The translations under genes were made by a program, and so were the position numbers. A model generated the notes under the pieces. The model was not told the DNA's origin and did no database searches. It worked only from the letters and a program-made list of their open reading frames with translations. From Paraspadella gotoi (taxonomy: Eukaryota > Animalia > Chaetognatha), in assembly GCA_051294375.1 (NCBI GenBank), contig CM119269.1, positions 17,718,265 to 17,782,264 on the forward strand: DNA of 64,000 bases. The letters are read 5' to 3'. Below, piece by piece: positions 37,401 to 49,418 of this stretch (within the stretch, counting starts at the first letter, position 1; each line of letters starts with the position of its first letter).

Positions 37401-39686
37401 TGGAAGGTGCGTCAACATAGTTTTTTTTTTTTTTTGCAATGGAGCTTAGAGATTATAACCCGGGACGATGCTAAAATCAATATCATGAAGGGAACATCCG
37501 GGAACATCCTTTCGGATGGCAAAGGAGAAGGACAAGTCGAAAGGCGGAATATGTTTCTTGGGTAACGGAGTGGGCCAGGGCCAGCCGACCTGGTCACCTC
37601 CCCCCTCTTCCTCCCTTTCCCAATCCTCTGCCCCCCTCTCCCTCTCTCCCTCTCTTTCTCTATCTTTCCCCACCCTTTTTAAACAACATTCTGGTCGCAG
37701 TCTCACAAGGCACTGTTGTTCGCTACCTAAAACAGCTTTAAGAGTGAGGTAGTCCCTTGTTGGACGAATGCCTTTCAAGTCAAGCAAGTCAAGGTCCCTC
37801 GCAACGGTCGGCCAATAACCGTCTTCCTTTTCCAGGCTACGGCCAGACCGAGAGCTCGGCCGTCCTGTCGGTGCAGCTTCCCGGCGAGTTCGAGCCGGGC
37901 CAAGTCGGCGGCCCGCTCTCCTGCTGCAAAGTCAAGCTCGTCGACGTGCCCGAGATGGATTACTACGCGGAGCAGGGATACGGCGAGATCTGCTGCAAGG
38001 GAGGAAACGTGTTTAAGGGGTGAGTTCAAAGGGAGAGGGATAATTAGAGAAGAGAAAAGAAGATGCAAAAAAAAAAAAAAATGCAAGAAAAAGAAAGGAA
38101 ATTAACACAGAGTAAATATAATGTCAGAATGTTGGGGGTATTTAGCAAAAAACTGACCACTTGTTTTCACAGAGACGAGAAAATTAGGTTAATCCCTCGA
38201 TCCACCTTCTCATCCACCATCTCCAACCCCCTCCAGCTACTTGAACGACCCTGCAAAGACTGCGGAAACGATCGACACGGAAGGGTGGCTCCACACCGGC
38301 GACATCGGCACCTGGGCCTCCAACGGTTCGCTCAAGATCATCGACAGGAAGAAGAACATCTTCAAATTGGCTCAGGGCGAGTACATCGCGCCGGAGAAGA
38401 TCGAGGCCGTCTACGGACGATCGCCCTACGTCAATCAGATTATGGTGCACGGGGAGAGCCTCATGTCCTGCTTGGTCGCGCTCATAGTGCCCGACGAGCG
38501 GAACGTCATGAAGTGGGCCGTCAAGCAGGTAGAAAATGTTTCGGTCCAGTTTTGAACATTTTTTCATCAGCTTAATTTTTAAGCATTTCACTATGAGAAA
38601 AAAGGTTTAATACTGTTTGTACATATTACCAGTTGTATTGTAAATTCACTTTTAGTGATAAAACCAGGTTAAACCTCATTGTAACAACTACTACATTTAA
38701 TTCCCAAAAAAACCGAATCTTGTACTAATAATTTTGCTCTCCCCGTCCTACCCCAAACTAAACCCCTCCGGAATCCACCCATAGGGCCTTTCCCAAGAAG
38801 ACGGCACGGGCCTCTCCTTCGACGACGTCGTCAAAACCGCGGAGGCGAAGAAGATGATCCTCGAATCTTGCGTCAAACTCGGAAAGGCGGCCGGACTCAA
38901 GTCCTTCGAGCAGACCAAGGACGTTCTCCTCCTCGCCGACCTCTGGACGGTGGAAAACGAACTCCTCACGCCGACGTTGAAGGTCAAGCGGCCCGCGCTG
39001 CGGAAGAAGTTCAAGGCGGAGATCGACGACATGTACTCGAAGCTGTTTTGAAGAAAGTCGATGGAAGAATAAAAGCTGCTTCCGAGGAGAGCGTTTGGGG
39101 GAAGAGAGATTGGGGGTTACGGGGGTGATTGGGAGGCATTTCTATTCTATTTTTAGTCAAAGGAAGTGAAATAACATCAGGGGTGAGGGTAGTTTTTTTC
39201 AACTTTAAGTTTTTAAAAATGGGCTTTTTACACTTGTTGTTTGAGGGGAAAAAGGATTAAGGGGTAAAAGAGGAAAGAGAGAGAGAGAAAAAAAAAGAAC
39301 CGAAAAATAAAAAAAAAGTGACGACAACAACCATCATTATCTCCAACTTCATCAACAACGAAAAACGTGATCTCTGCTTCTTCGTTGTCAAACAAACGGA
39401 TTACGATCACCGTGAAATAGCGACGTGAAAAAAATGGGAACGATGAGCAAAGTCAACAAATTTAAAAAAAAATTAAATCAAACAACAATCGATGAGGCGA
39501 CCTTAAGAATTTACTGACCTACCAAATTTTAAAGACGAAAAAAGTATTTTTCTTTTAGACTCCCCATTCCCCACGCCGCATCGAAAAAAAAGAAACAAAA
39601 ACCAACAAATAAACAGAATTTTAAAAATCGATTAGTGAATGAAGGTTAAGACTAGCGAATATCCGCAACACGTCCGAAAAAAGTCC

Positions 39687-39745
<59 letters not shown>

Positions 39746-42700
39746 AGATAATCTGACGACGTTATAGATTTAATAAAGGGAGAGTATCCCTAATGGGGAA
39801 TGGTTGGGGCTACTAGGCGGGGGTTTAAAGGGGGATTTGAAATTTAGAGTTGCGGACAAGTTGCGGACGAGTTGCGGACGAGTTGCGGACAAGTTGCGGA
39901 CGAGTTGCGGACGAGTTGAGGACGAGATGCGGACGAGTTGCGGACGAGTTGTGGACGAGTTGCGGACGAGATGCGGACAAGTTGCGGACTTTTAGAAAAA
40001 AATTTTTTTTTAATAAGAGTTGCGGACTCTTTGCGGACTCCTTATGATATTACATTTTATCTGACAAGGCAGATTAAATCTTATTTTAATCTGGCAAGGC
40101 AGATTATATCTGAGAGAGATTAAATTTAACTTTAATACAAGTCCGCAACGAGTCCGCAACGAGTCCGCAACGAGTCCGCAACGAGTCCGCAACGAGTCCG
40201 CAACGAGTCCGCAACGAGTCCGCAACGAGTCCGCAACGAGTCCGCAACAAACAAATAAACAGAATTTTAAAAATCGATTTGTGAATGAAATCAACACCTC
40301 GGCGATGACGGGTTTTAAGGGATGTGTGGGTTCAGTTGCTCGTAATTAACTCATTCCGATTACGATGTAGTGTTTTAGTCCGGGCTCTTTTTTACTCATT
40401 TCTTGTGCAAATTTATATGTAAATTCCCTGTTCTATTTCTTATCTGTCCAATAATAAACCAATATGCCATATCTTTTACATTCTTCGATATTATTTTACT
40501 TCCAATATCAAATTTCAACGATTTAGTTCCGAGTACATGGTTTAAATGAGTAAGATGCTTTCGTATTATTTAAAAACAAATTTTATTTTTCAATGGCAGT
40601 ACTTAGATTTAATTGAAAAAAAAAAAATTAACCGATAAGAAAACAATGGCCATTTATAGAGAGAAAATATATATACAATAATCTCATCGAAATTCTCTCA
40701 CGAAAAATTCAAGTACGTTTTTTTATTCACAAATCTTGATGAATCTGAAATTTTTTTCTTGTTACTTCTTTTCTTCATAATTTTTACTTTATCCTTACTT
40801 CTCCTCCAAACACTGATAATTAACTTGAAAGTAATCGTGGTGATCCACCTAGTGATGAAAAAGAAAAGAAATATGGCGCTGGCGATGGCTTACGGCAATA
40901 GTTAACGCAAAAAGAAAACCTGAGTGGAGAAAAGGTGGAAACCCCCGCAGTCATTGTGAGTGGAGCTTCGATTCACCTGCACGTCGCATGTTTGTCGTCC
41001 TGTGAAAATGGAAGAAAAGATGTTTTGAATGAAAAGAACCTTGTTTATGATGCAGTATTTTTATTTTTCTGTTGTATTTTTATTAATGAAAAATGTTTCA
41101 TTATAATTAAATATTTCATTTTTTATTCGAAATATTTACCTTTGTGAAGCTTGAAAAAAGCGTCCTTGGGTATCGAACTCTCGTATACTTATATATTTAT
41201 TATATATTTATTTATATTTCTTTCCTCAATCACTTGATTTCACTCTCTACCCCATGGTCCCCCAATCTATGTAAAATCCTTTTTTAGCCGTGGCTACCGT
41301 TGCATCGGAAGGCTCCCTGCGAAGCGACTTTGCAATCATCCTGGTGGAATCGACATCCTTGGTTGCGATTGTCTTTCCACCATCCGTAAAAAGCCTCGCG
41401 TACTCTGAGGAGGAAATAGAGAGGAAACAGAGAGGAAATATATGAGGAATGACAGATAATCGTCGCCATTGTTGAAATCGTCGTCATCGTCGTCGTCGTC
41501 GTCAGCGCTTATCTCTATCTTTTTTTTTTTTAAATTCGTGTTGTTTTCTATTTTCGTTCTCGCTGTTATCATAATTGATTTTATGATTTATTCGATTAAA
41601 AAAAAATAATAATAAAAAATAACGATTAATTATAATAATATTTATCTTTATTCTTTTTGGATATTGCCAAATCTTAAGAAATCGACCGTGTTACTATTTC
41701 TACTCGTTTTTAACCTATTCCATCTTTGTATTGTTTCGTATACTAAATAATTGACTATAAAGCTGTTCCCGCGTTCTGCTCCCACCTGATCTTCTGGTCA
41801 GGCGGGCACTCGAGCAAGAGGACGTGACGCAGCGGGTCGAGAACATTCTCCAGTCGCTCGTGAGGGGCTTCGTTGATCGTGTGGAGGTTAGTGCAGTCGG
41901 AGGCGACGATTGTGGCGCCGCGGGAGATGGCTTGGCAATGATAGATCACCTTCGAGTGGGATTACGGTTGAATTCTTTTTTATGGATATGATTTTGAAAA
42001 TCTGAGGTTAAACCCTGAGTATTGAGTGAGTATTGAGTAATGAGTGTATTCAGTATTCCGTATTCAATTTGATGTAGGAAAAAAAAAAAGGTTTTGGGAA
42101 AAATGGATCTCGACATAGGTAATAAATTCTTGCATTTAATTACCCAAATAAAAAGAAGGAGCTTCGCAATACATCGCGACCTCACCTCCATGTAATCAAG
42201 ACGATCGGTAAAGCTTCCGCACTTTTGGTTCCTGTTCGAATTCAAGAGCCACGACAGAGAATGAGACATCAAACTCTTCTCCACCGGAAACGAACAACGC
42301 GTCTTTCCGTGGCAGTGGGCGATGGCGATATGCATGGCGTCCTCGGTGCAGTCACCCTACAGAGGGCGCGCAGGGGGTAGAGGAATGGAAGGGAAGGAAA
42401 ATGACGGTTATCTCATGGATCTCAACAATTATCAAAATAACTTTTGGTATTATTTTTATAATATATATGCATAATTAATAAATCATTAAGGATTGACTTT
42501 ACTTTACTTTACTTAGCTTAGCAAACATAATTAAAACGTTATAGTACCGGAGTGTAGGAGCATTGTCTATCGGAGGAACTAGACTTTTGCCAGTAACCAT
42601 AGAATGCCTTGTCCACCACGACAGTGTGGGCAGCTGGGCAGGCAATTTCCAAGCGGTTGGCAGGAATTTGGTACCATCTGTGGAAAAAGAGAGATAGGTA

Positions 42701-42821
42701 TTGTGATTCAGTTGTTGCATTCCAAAAATAAATTACTTAATAAAATCCATTAGAGAAATTGTTAATGGATATTTGCAATAAAAATACGACTAAGAAATAC
42801 AAACTTGAAAGAGAGGGAAAT

Positions 42822-42852
<31 letters not shown>

Positions 42853-43889
42853 AAAGAGAGAGAGATAGAGAGACTACCTTGCGCAAGATGTGCTTCTATT
42901 TTCTGCGCTGGCGGCGACGACGAACGCCAAGAGAACAATCGCCAACTTCATCGCGAACGCAGATCAAGTTTAAGGATTTGGGTTCAGGTGTCCCTGGTGT
43001 CCGGGTTCGAATGTCAGAGTCCAACTCGCAAAACTGAGGAGACGATGTCCTTGATTATCTGCAAAAGAGACGGGTAAATGTATGCATGTATGTATGTATC
43101 CCTATAAGAACATACGATTCTACATGGTAGTTTTATCCCTATTGTTAAAAAAATCATATATAACTTTGGTCCCCCCTCAAAAAATTATCCATTCCCACCC
43201 CTTTCTGTTCAGCCTATTAGATATTATGATTTTTCATTAATGACTTTCTAACAGGAATGATGTGTGATATCTATTAGAAAATTAGGACAGATTGTAGTCT
43301 AACCTTGTATTGTATAGATGCTCCCACTATTTCCAGAAGACAACACTGACCCCAAAAAAATAAGTTATTAGATATAATAAGAAATTTTTTTAAAAATAGC
43401 AATATATATGTAATAAATAATATAGATTAGATATTAAAACCTTCATAAAATATAAAAATATAAGATAGTGAAACAAGTAATTTTGCAAATTTTCACACAT
43501 TTGATATTATCTAAATTTTTTTTTGCTAAAGTGCGCCAAATAAAAAATCCAAAATAATATAAATTACAACTCGATGCATATTTTATTTTGCCATATTTAC
43601 CCGTATATTTTTTACCGTTACTAAAACAAGCTTTAGTAAAACAAGCGTAACTTAAAACTATACTCACCCCTTTAGATCGTCCGCCGCTGGAGAAAAATCA
43701 CAAAATAAAAACAAAAGACGTCGAAGATAAAGTCGTGAACGAGTTTCTTTTTGAGTTTGAGATGAAATAAAATCAAATAAAAATGAAGTAAATTTGAGGT
43801 CAGTTTCCTTTCTAGTTCGCGATGGCAGGGGTCTCCGATTGAGACAAGAAGAGAGAGAGAGAGAGAGAGAGATGAGAGAGAGAAGAGAG

Positions 43890-43935
<46 letters not shown>

Positions 43936-46081
43936 GAGGACCCCTTTAGTTTTGTTTATTACTTCAAATTTAATTACCGCTTTTCCAATTCGATGGCAAA
44001 AACTGGCTTTAATTGGAGGGGGTGGCTTTGTGGAGGATGAGATGACGAGGATGGACAACAACAACGAAGAAGACGAAAACGACGAAGAAGACGATGACGA
44101 TGACGATTAGGATGCCCACAACGACGAAGATGTGAATGACGACAACGAGGGTAAATGACGGTAGTAAGAGACAAGTTGAAAGAAGGTGAAATCAACAAAA
44201 GTATATAATGACATAGACGGTACAAGAAGACAGGAAGAAGATGAAAATGATGACAAAACTGACGGTGATGAAAATACTTTAAAAAAATCGTGGCGAATTA
44301 ACCGCAGATATTTGAAGGGGGCGAAAGTTAAAACGAGAAAAACAAATCAGTTTTCTCACAACTAATTTTTGATCTCACGGAGGGGAGCGGTGGCGGATAC
44401 GGAAGCCATTTTGAAGGCGAGAATAAAAAGGAAAAGGCGAAAAAAAAAGAGAGGAAAGAAAAATGGGAAAATAAAAGGGATTATAGAAAAGAGCTTAAGT
44501 ACGGCACATTTTCATAGCAGGGGATTGCATTTATTTATAAACAATTCTCCCCTTAATGTTCCATTGAGATATATTTAGAAACTCAAGCTGGTATAGGGAA
44601 GAAGGCAAGACTGTCATCGGAGTGGCAGCTAACACCAGCTTACCCAGAACCTATCTATCAGGGGGAAAAAGTAGTGACGAGAAATGTCTACTCACAAACT
44701 TGTAAATCCTGGCATCGAATTCTCGCGCGTTTTACAAGTTTTGTTTGACTCGAATTCAGAGATCGAATCGAGGATCAATGAATCTGACGTCAACTTGGCG
44801 GGAAAGTGAATTAACGCCTTCCTCGGCGCTTCCTCGATCGAGTTTCATCATCGAACCACTTGATTTCGAACCAGGGATTTTTAAATAATGAAAACAAAAT
44901 GGCCGCGTTCACTGCCACGCCCTTCGGAGCTTAAACATTTTGAAAAACCAGATTGGGACTTTTGGGTCCGTCAGTCAGAGTAATTTAAATGCCGGAAGTT
45001 AATGAAACAATCCTTCAAAATCAAGAGATAAAAACAGTCGGATTTTTTTATTTCAAAATAATAAATACTATAAAATTTACTATGTGAATATAACTTCCTA
45101 ATTTATCGTCTAATCCAGGGGATTACTCATCCTCAATCGGAATATATGTGGAATTTTCAGAAACGGATTAACCACTTTTTTCCCTTTAAATTTGGGAAGC
45201 ACTATTTTTTTTCTCGAAAAGTTGAATGCCCAGGTTTCAATTACTAAAACGAGACTGGGAAAATGTTAAACTGATAAACAAAATCAAGAAGAAAGAAAAA
45301 AACACTCAAAAACATCGAGCCCCTCACTTAACTAAAACCACAGTCGATTACATTTTTAAGACAAAACAGGCTAGTCGAAAGAACTAGGGAAATTAATTTA
45401 TGGAATATATATATCTTTTTTACATCTAACGATAAATAAATTTTGGCCAAATCTTGGCCTCAACGAAAGCGTCCAGTCTTTACTTTCCTAAACGGAACCC
45501 GCAGTTTCGTTCGGATTAGATTTTCACGCAAGTTTTTACAAGACTTGAATAACCTTACAAAACTAACAACAATGAAGATCCCTTCTCAATGCAAAATGCA
45601 ATAAATCTTTAAATCTATCGTCTCCGATAAGTAATAGATATAAATAAAACTAAATTTCCTTCTCCTTGTTCTCGCGAACTTCGTCGTCAATCCGCTAATC
45701 GAAGACTTAATTTGATTTTCATTCTGACTTTTTTTTTTCTGTCGAGACGATGATTACCGTTGGCTGTTGTTGTCGTCGTCGTTGTTTTCGTCGCTGTTGT
45801 TGTTGTCCCTCTTCGAGACTGGCTCTTCTATTGTCAGCCGCTCTCTGCGAGCGACCAGTGGGTAAAATAGAAAAAAAAAATGAAGAAATTGATTTTTAAG
45901 TTTGTAAATCGATAATAGTTTTGAAATACAATAACTTTTCTCCGATTTTTTTTCTTTGTTTCTTCTTATATCCCTTTCGCCATCGCTGGGCTGATCGTTC
46001 GACGCGAAGGTTACATCCATCACGGAAATAAGTCGAAAAAATAACCCGTCCCTTCCAAAGTTGATTGTAGTCGCTCTGTAA

Positions 46082-46172
<91 letters not shown>

Positions 46173-47337
46173 CATCCCGATCCCCGGGCAAAAGTATTTT
46201 TACTTTTTTTTTAACGTAAAATGCTTGGCTTATCTCTTTCCGCCTCTCCCCACCCAGATTAAACCGCCCCTTAACCCTGGTCCCCCCACCATTTGCCGCC
46301 CGCTCCACCCCAGACTCCTCGCCCAACTCAGTGTTGCCCCATGGACGTTTCTTTTGCTCCTACGATCCTGCAACTGAACGGACCGAACGAGATAGAGATA
46401 GAGAGAGAAAAAAGAGAGAGAGCGAGAGATCGCCGAACATTGAACTCTTTCCGTCGATAACGGATAGTTAATACAAAAAGAAAATAAATTTAATAAGATT
46501 TTGTGTGTCCATTACTTAGGAACTGTTACTTAACGTCCTCTCTGGCAAAATAATGAAAAGAACAAAGAAAATATAACCTGGATCTCCTAAAAAGCTTCTT
46601 GAACGAAAAAAAAGGAGAAAAAAAAAATTAACGACGATCATACAACCATTACCGACTGTAATTCAGAATGTAAATAATGTAATAATTTTCCTCTCTTTTT
46701 TTGTTCTTTTTTTTTCAGAGTTGTTCGGTGATTTTTCTCGCGATGGTCCGTTGGCCGAATTGAATAACGTAAAAGAAAAAAAAATAAAACTGATAACATT
46801 TTGAAAAAAAAAAATTCTTTATAAAAAACCGTTGGATATTTGCGAAAAATCCGCGCTTAAATTTAAAAAAAAGGAATCAAAAATGGAGAAAGGAAATACC
46901 GCGCGAAACATCTCGGCCAACACCATAGACATACAGGGAAGTCGTTTTTTTACAAAAAAATGATATTAATTTGAGCAAAATCTAAAGAGACCTAATGAAA
47001 TACAATTCGATCTTTGCAGCCCGTTGGAACGTATCAAGGCGACGTGCCGATTAATTCTGTGCAACGTAAGAATTTGCGTGGGAGAGGAAAAAGGGTGGGA
47101 GAGTGGGTCGGAAAAAGAGAATGAGAAAGAGAGTGAGAAGGAGAGACATGAGAATTTAAAGAAAGGCGACTACAGCTCATTGTCATTATTCCTGGAACAC
47201 TTAAATTGAGAATCAATTTTTATATTGGTTGTACCAATTTCATTGAAATTAGTCAGGTTGAAAGTCTGAAAACAACAAATTGACAGTCAGAGTTGTGCCC
47301 ACATCTTCAATGCCAACAAGGACTTTTTCTGAACAAT

Positions 47338-47396
<59 letters not shown>

Positions 47397-49326
47397 AACT
47401 CAGCCCCCACCCTCTTTTCCTTTCCAGCGCCCAACTTCCGCGGCGAGCGCCCCCCTTCCCACTTTGGCATCGCCGTCTTCACTCTCTTCGGAACCTGCAA
47501 CTGTCTCTTCGGCGCCCTGGCCGTTCTCTTTGCCTCACTATCGGACAAGTCTTGGAACGCGGGTAAGCTTTTATGGCTGAGTGCAGCGGATAATTTAAGA
47601 CGGGTTAAATTATTCGGAAATATGATTCCTAGAAATTTATTTGAAAGTTACGTCCATTTTTGACCGCGTTTTAAATTTAGAAATAAAATGCAAAAAGCGT
47701 TTAATTACTGATTATAAATCTATTCAGTATTCGTGCATTTATTTATAAATCTAGATAGAGATATTTAAAAGACGATATATCGACTCGTTCAGGCGACCGC
47801 AACTCGGCCAAACGTCGCGGCACAATCGCTTTCTACTTCGGACTCCTCGGGACGCTTCTCTCCTTCGTCATCTCCCTCATTGTCATCGTCGCTTGGATGG
47901 CGTCGTTAAACTACTTCAACGTCGCCGTCGGGTGAGATGCAAGACAAAAAAAAATCACATTTGCTGTGAACTGTGTCATTGTAAAAAAATGTATCGTATG
48001 GTTCCTAATGATGGCATTTTTTTTCAAACGATTATTTCAGGACGCCACGAGATAACTTTTACATCTTATAGTTATTATCATCTTACGAAGTTAAAAAAAA
48101 CAGCAAACCCATTTTTCAATTTTAATCATGACATTTAATTTTATTTTATATTATACGCTTAATGGGGCTATTGTGACATTAAAGATTTTATCATTTAGCC
48201 TTTTCATTGAGTCCGATCACTTCCTTTCCTTTCTCGTAAAAATATTTTCAAACTGTTATTTCAGACTGTATTTTTTACGACAATTTAAAACTTTTTATAA
48301 TTCGATTTTAATTGCAAGATTGAATTTGATGACGCTATTTCAGAGCCGTGGCGCTTCTCGTCTTCTCCAACATCACCATCCATTTCCTCATCTACGCCGT
48401 CAAATGCGAATCGGTTCAAGACATGTTCGACTTCAATAAATTCGTACTCAAAAATTGAGGAAAAAGAAATGGCGAACTAATACTAATTATTCATGATATT
48501 AAAGACTTAATACAGATGCCGGACCTATCGCTAAATGAACCAGGACGGGCAAAGTTCAAAGGTACGAAGTTGTTTACTTTTCTCCGGGCTGAACGTCGTG
48601 TTTATTCTGGATGTCCTCAAGGAAAAAGGTCGTATCCCAGAGTATATAGATTAAAATATACATGTATTTAAATCAAAGGCCAAAACCATCAGAGTTTTTT
48701 TTTTTCCTTCGATTTTATCGCTCGTGTTATTTTATCGTTTCTCTGTTTTTTTTTTATTCGTATCGAATGAATTTTCCAAATTCGAAGCAGAAATTAAAAA
48801 GAATTTCTGACCGTAATTCGATTGTCGACGATTACGAGTCTTATTGTTGCCAAGTCACGGGGTATTTAGTTTTTTTCTGGGGGGGGGGGGTGGAGAGAGG
48901 GGGTAGCGAAGGAAAAGGGATTTGGCTTGGATCAGAAAAAAAAAACTACTTTTACGGATTAGTTACGACTTAATCTAAACTCCAATAGCAAAAAACCGAC
49001 TGCCACACATGGAGTTAATTTATATATATATATAAAATTTAATAAACGGAAAATTTTTTCAGTGTCTGTTTCATCTTCCAAAAAACTATCATTTTCTCTA
49101 TCATTGCCATTGTGTATTTATTTAATCCCCTATTAGACTTTGTGATAAAGAGATTTGAAATGAATTCAAAACATCAACATGGCTGTCAATTAATTTAAAA
49201 GGAGAAACTTAAAGCTTAAGTGAGCTAGGAAATGGTTTCTTAAGTTTATAGACCTTGCAAATTCAGTTACTTACGATTTTTCCACGATTTGTCTTTCCTT
49301 ATTTCTTTTTTTCCATATTTTTTTTT

Positions 49327-49418
<92 letters not shown>

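Noticed and set aside
37500-37795. Possible LINE 3' remnant ending in tcaag repeats in an ACSL intron
   Set aside because: No recognisable coding motif or second copy in the window; too weak to call.
44581-44645. Nested hairpins with TAA-CACCA-GC
   Set aside because: No P4/L4 or T1 partner; not a supportable ribozyme.
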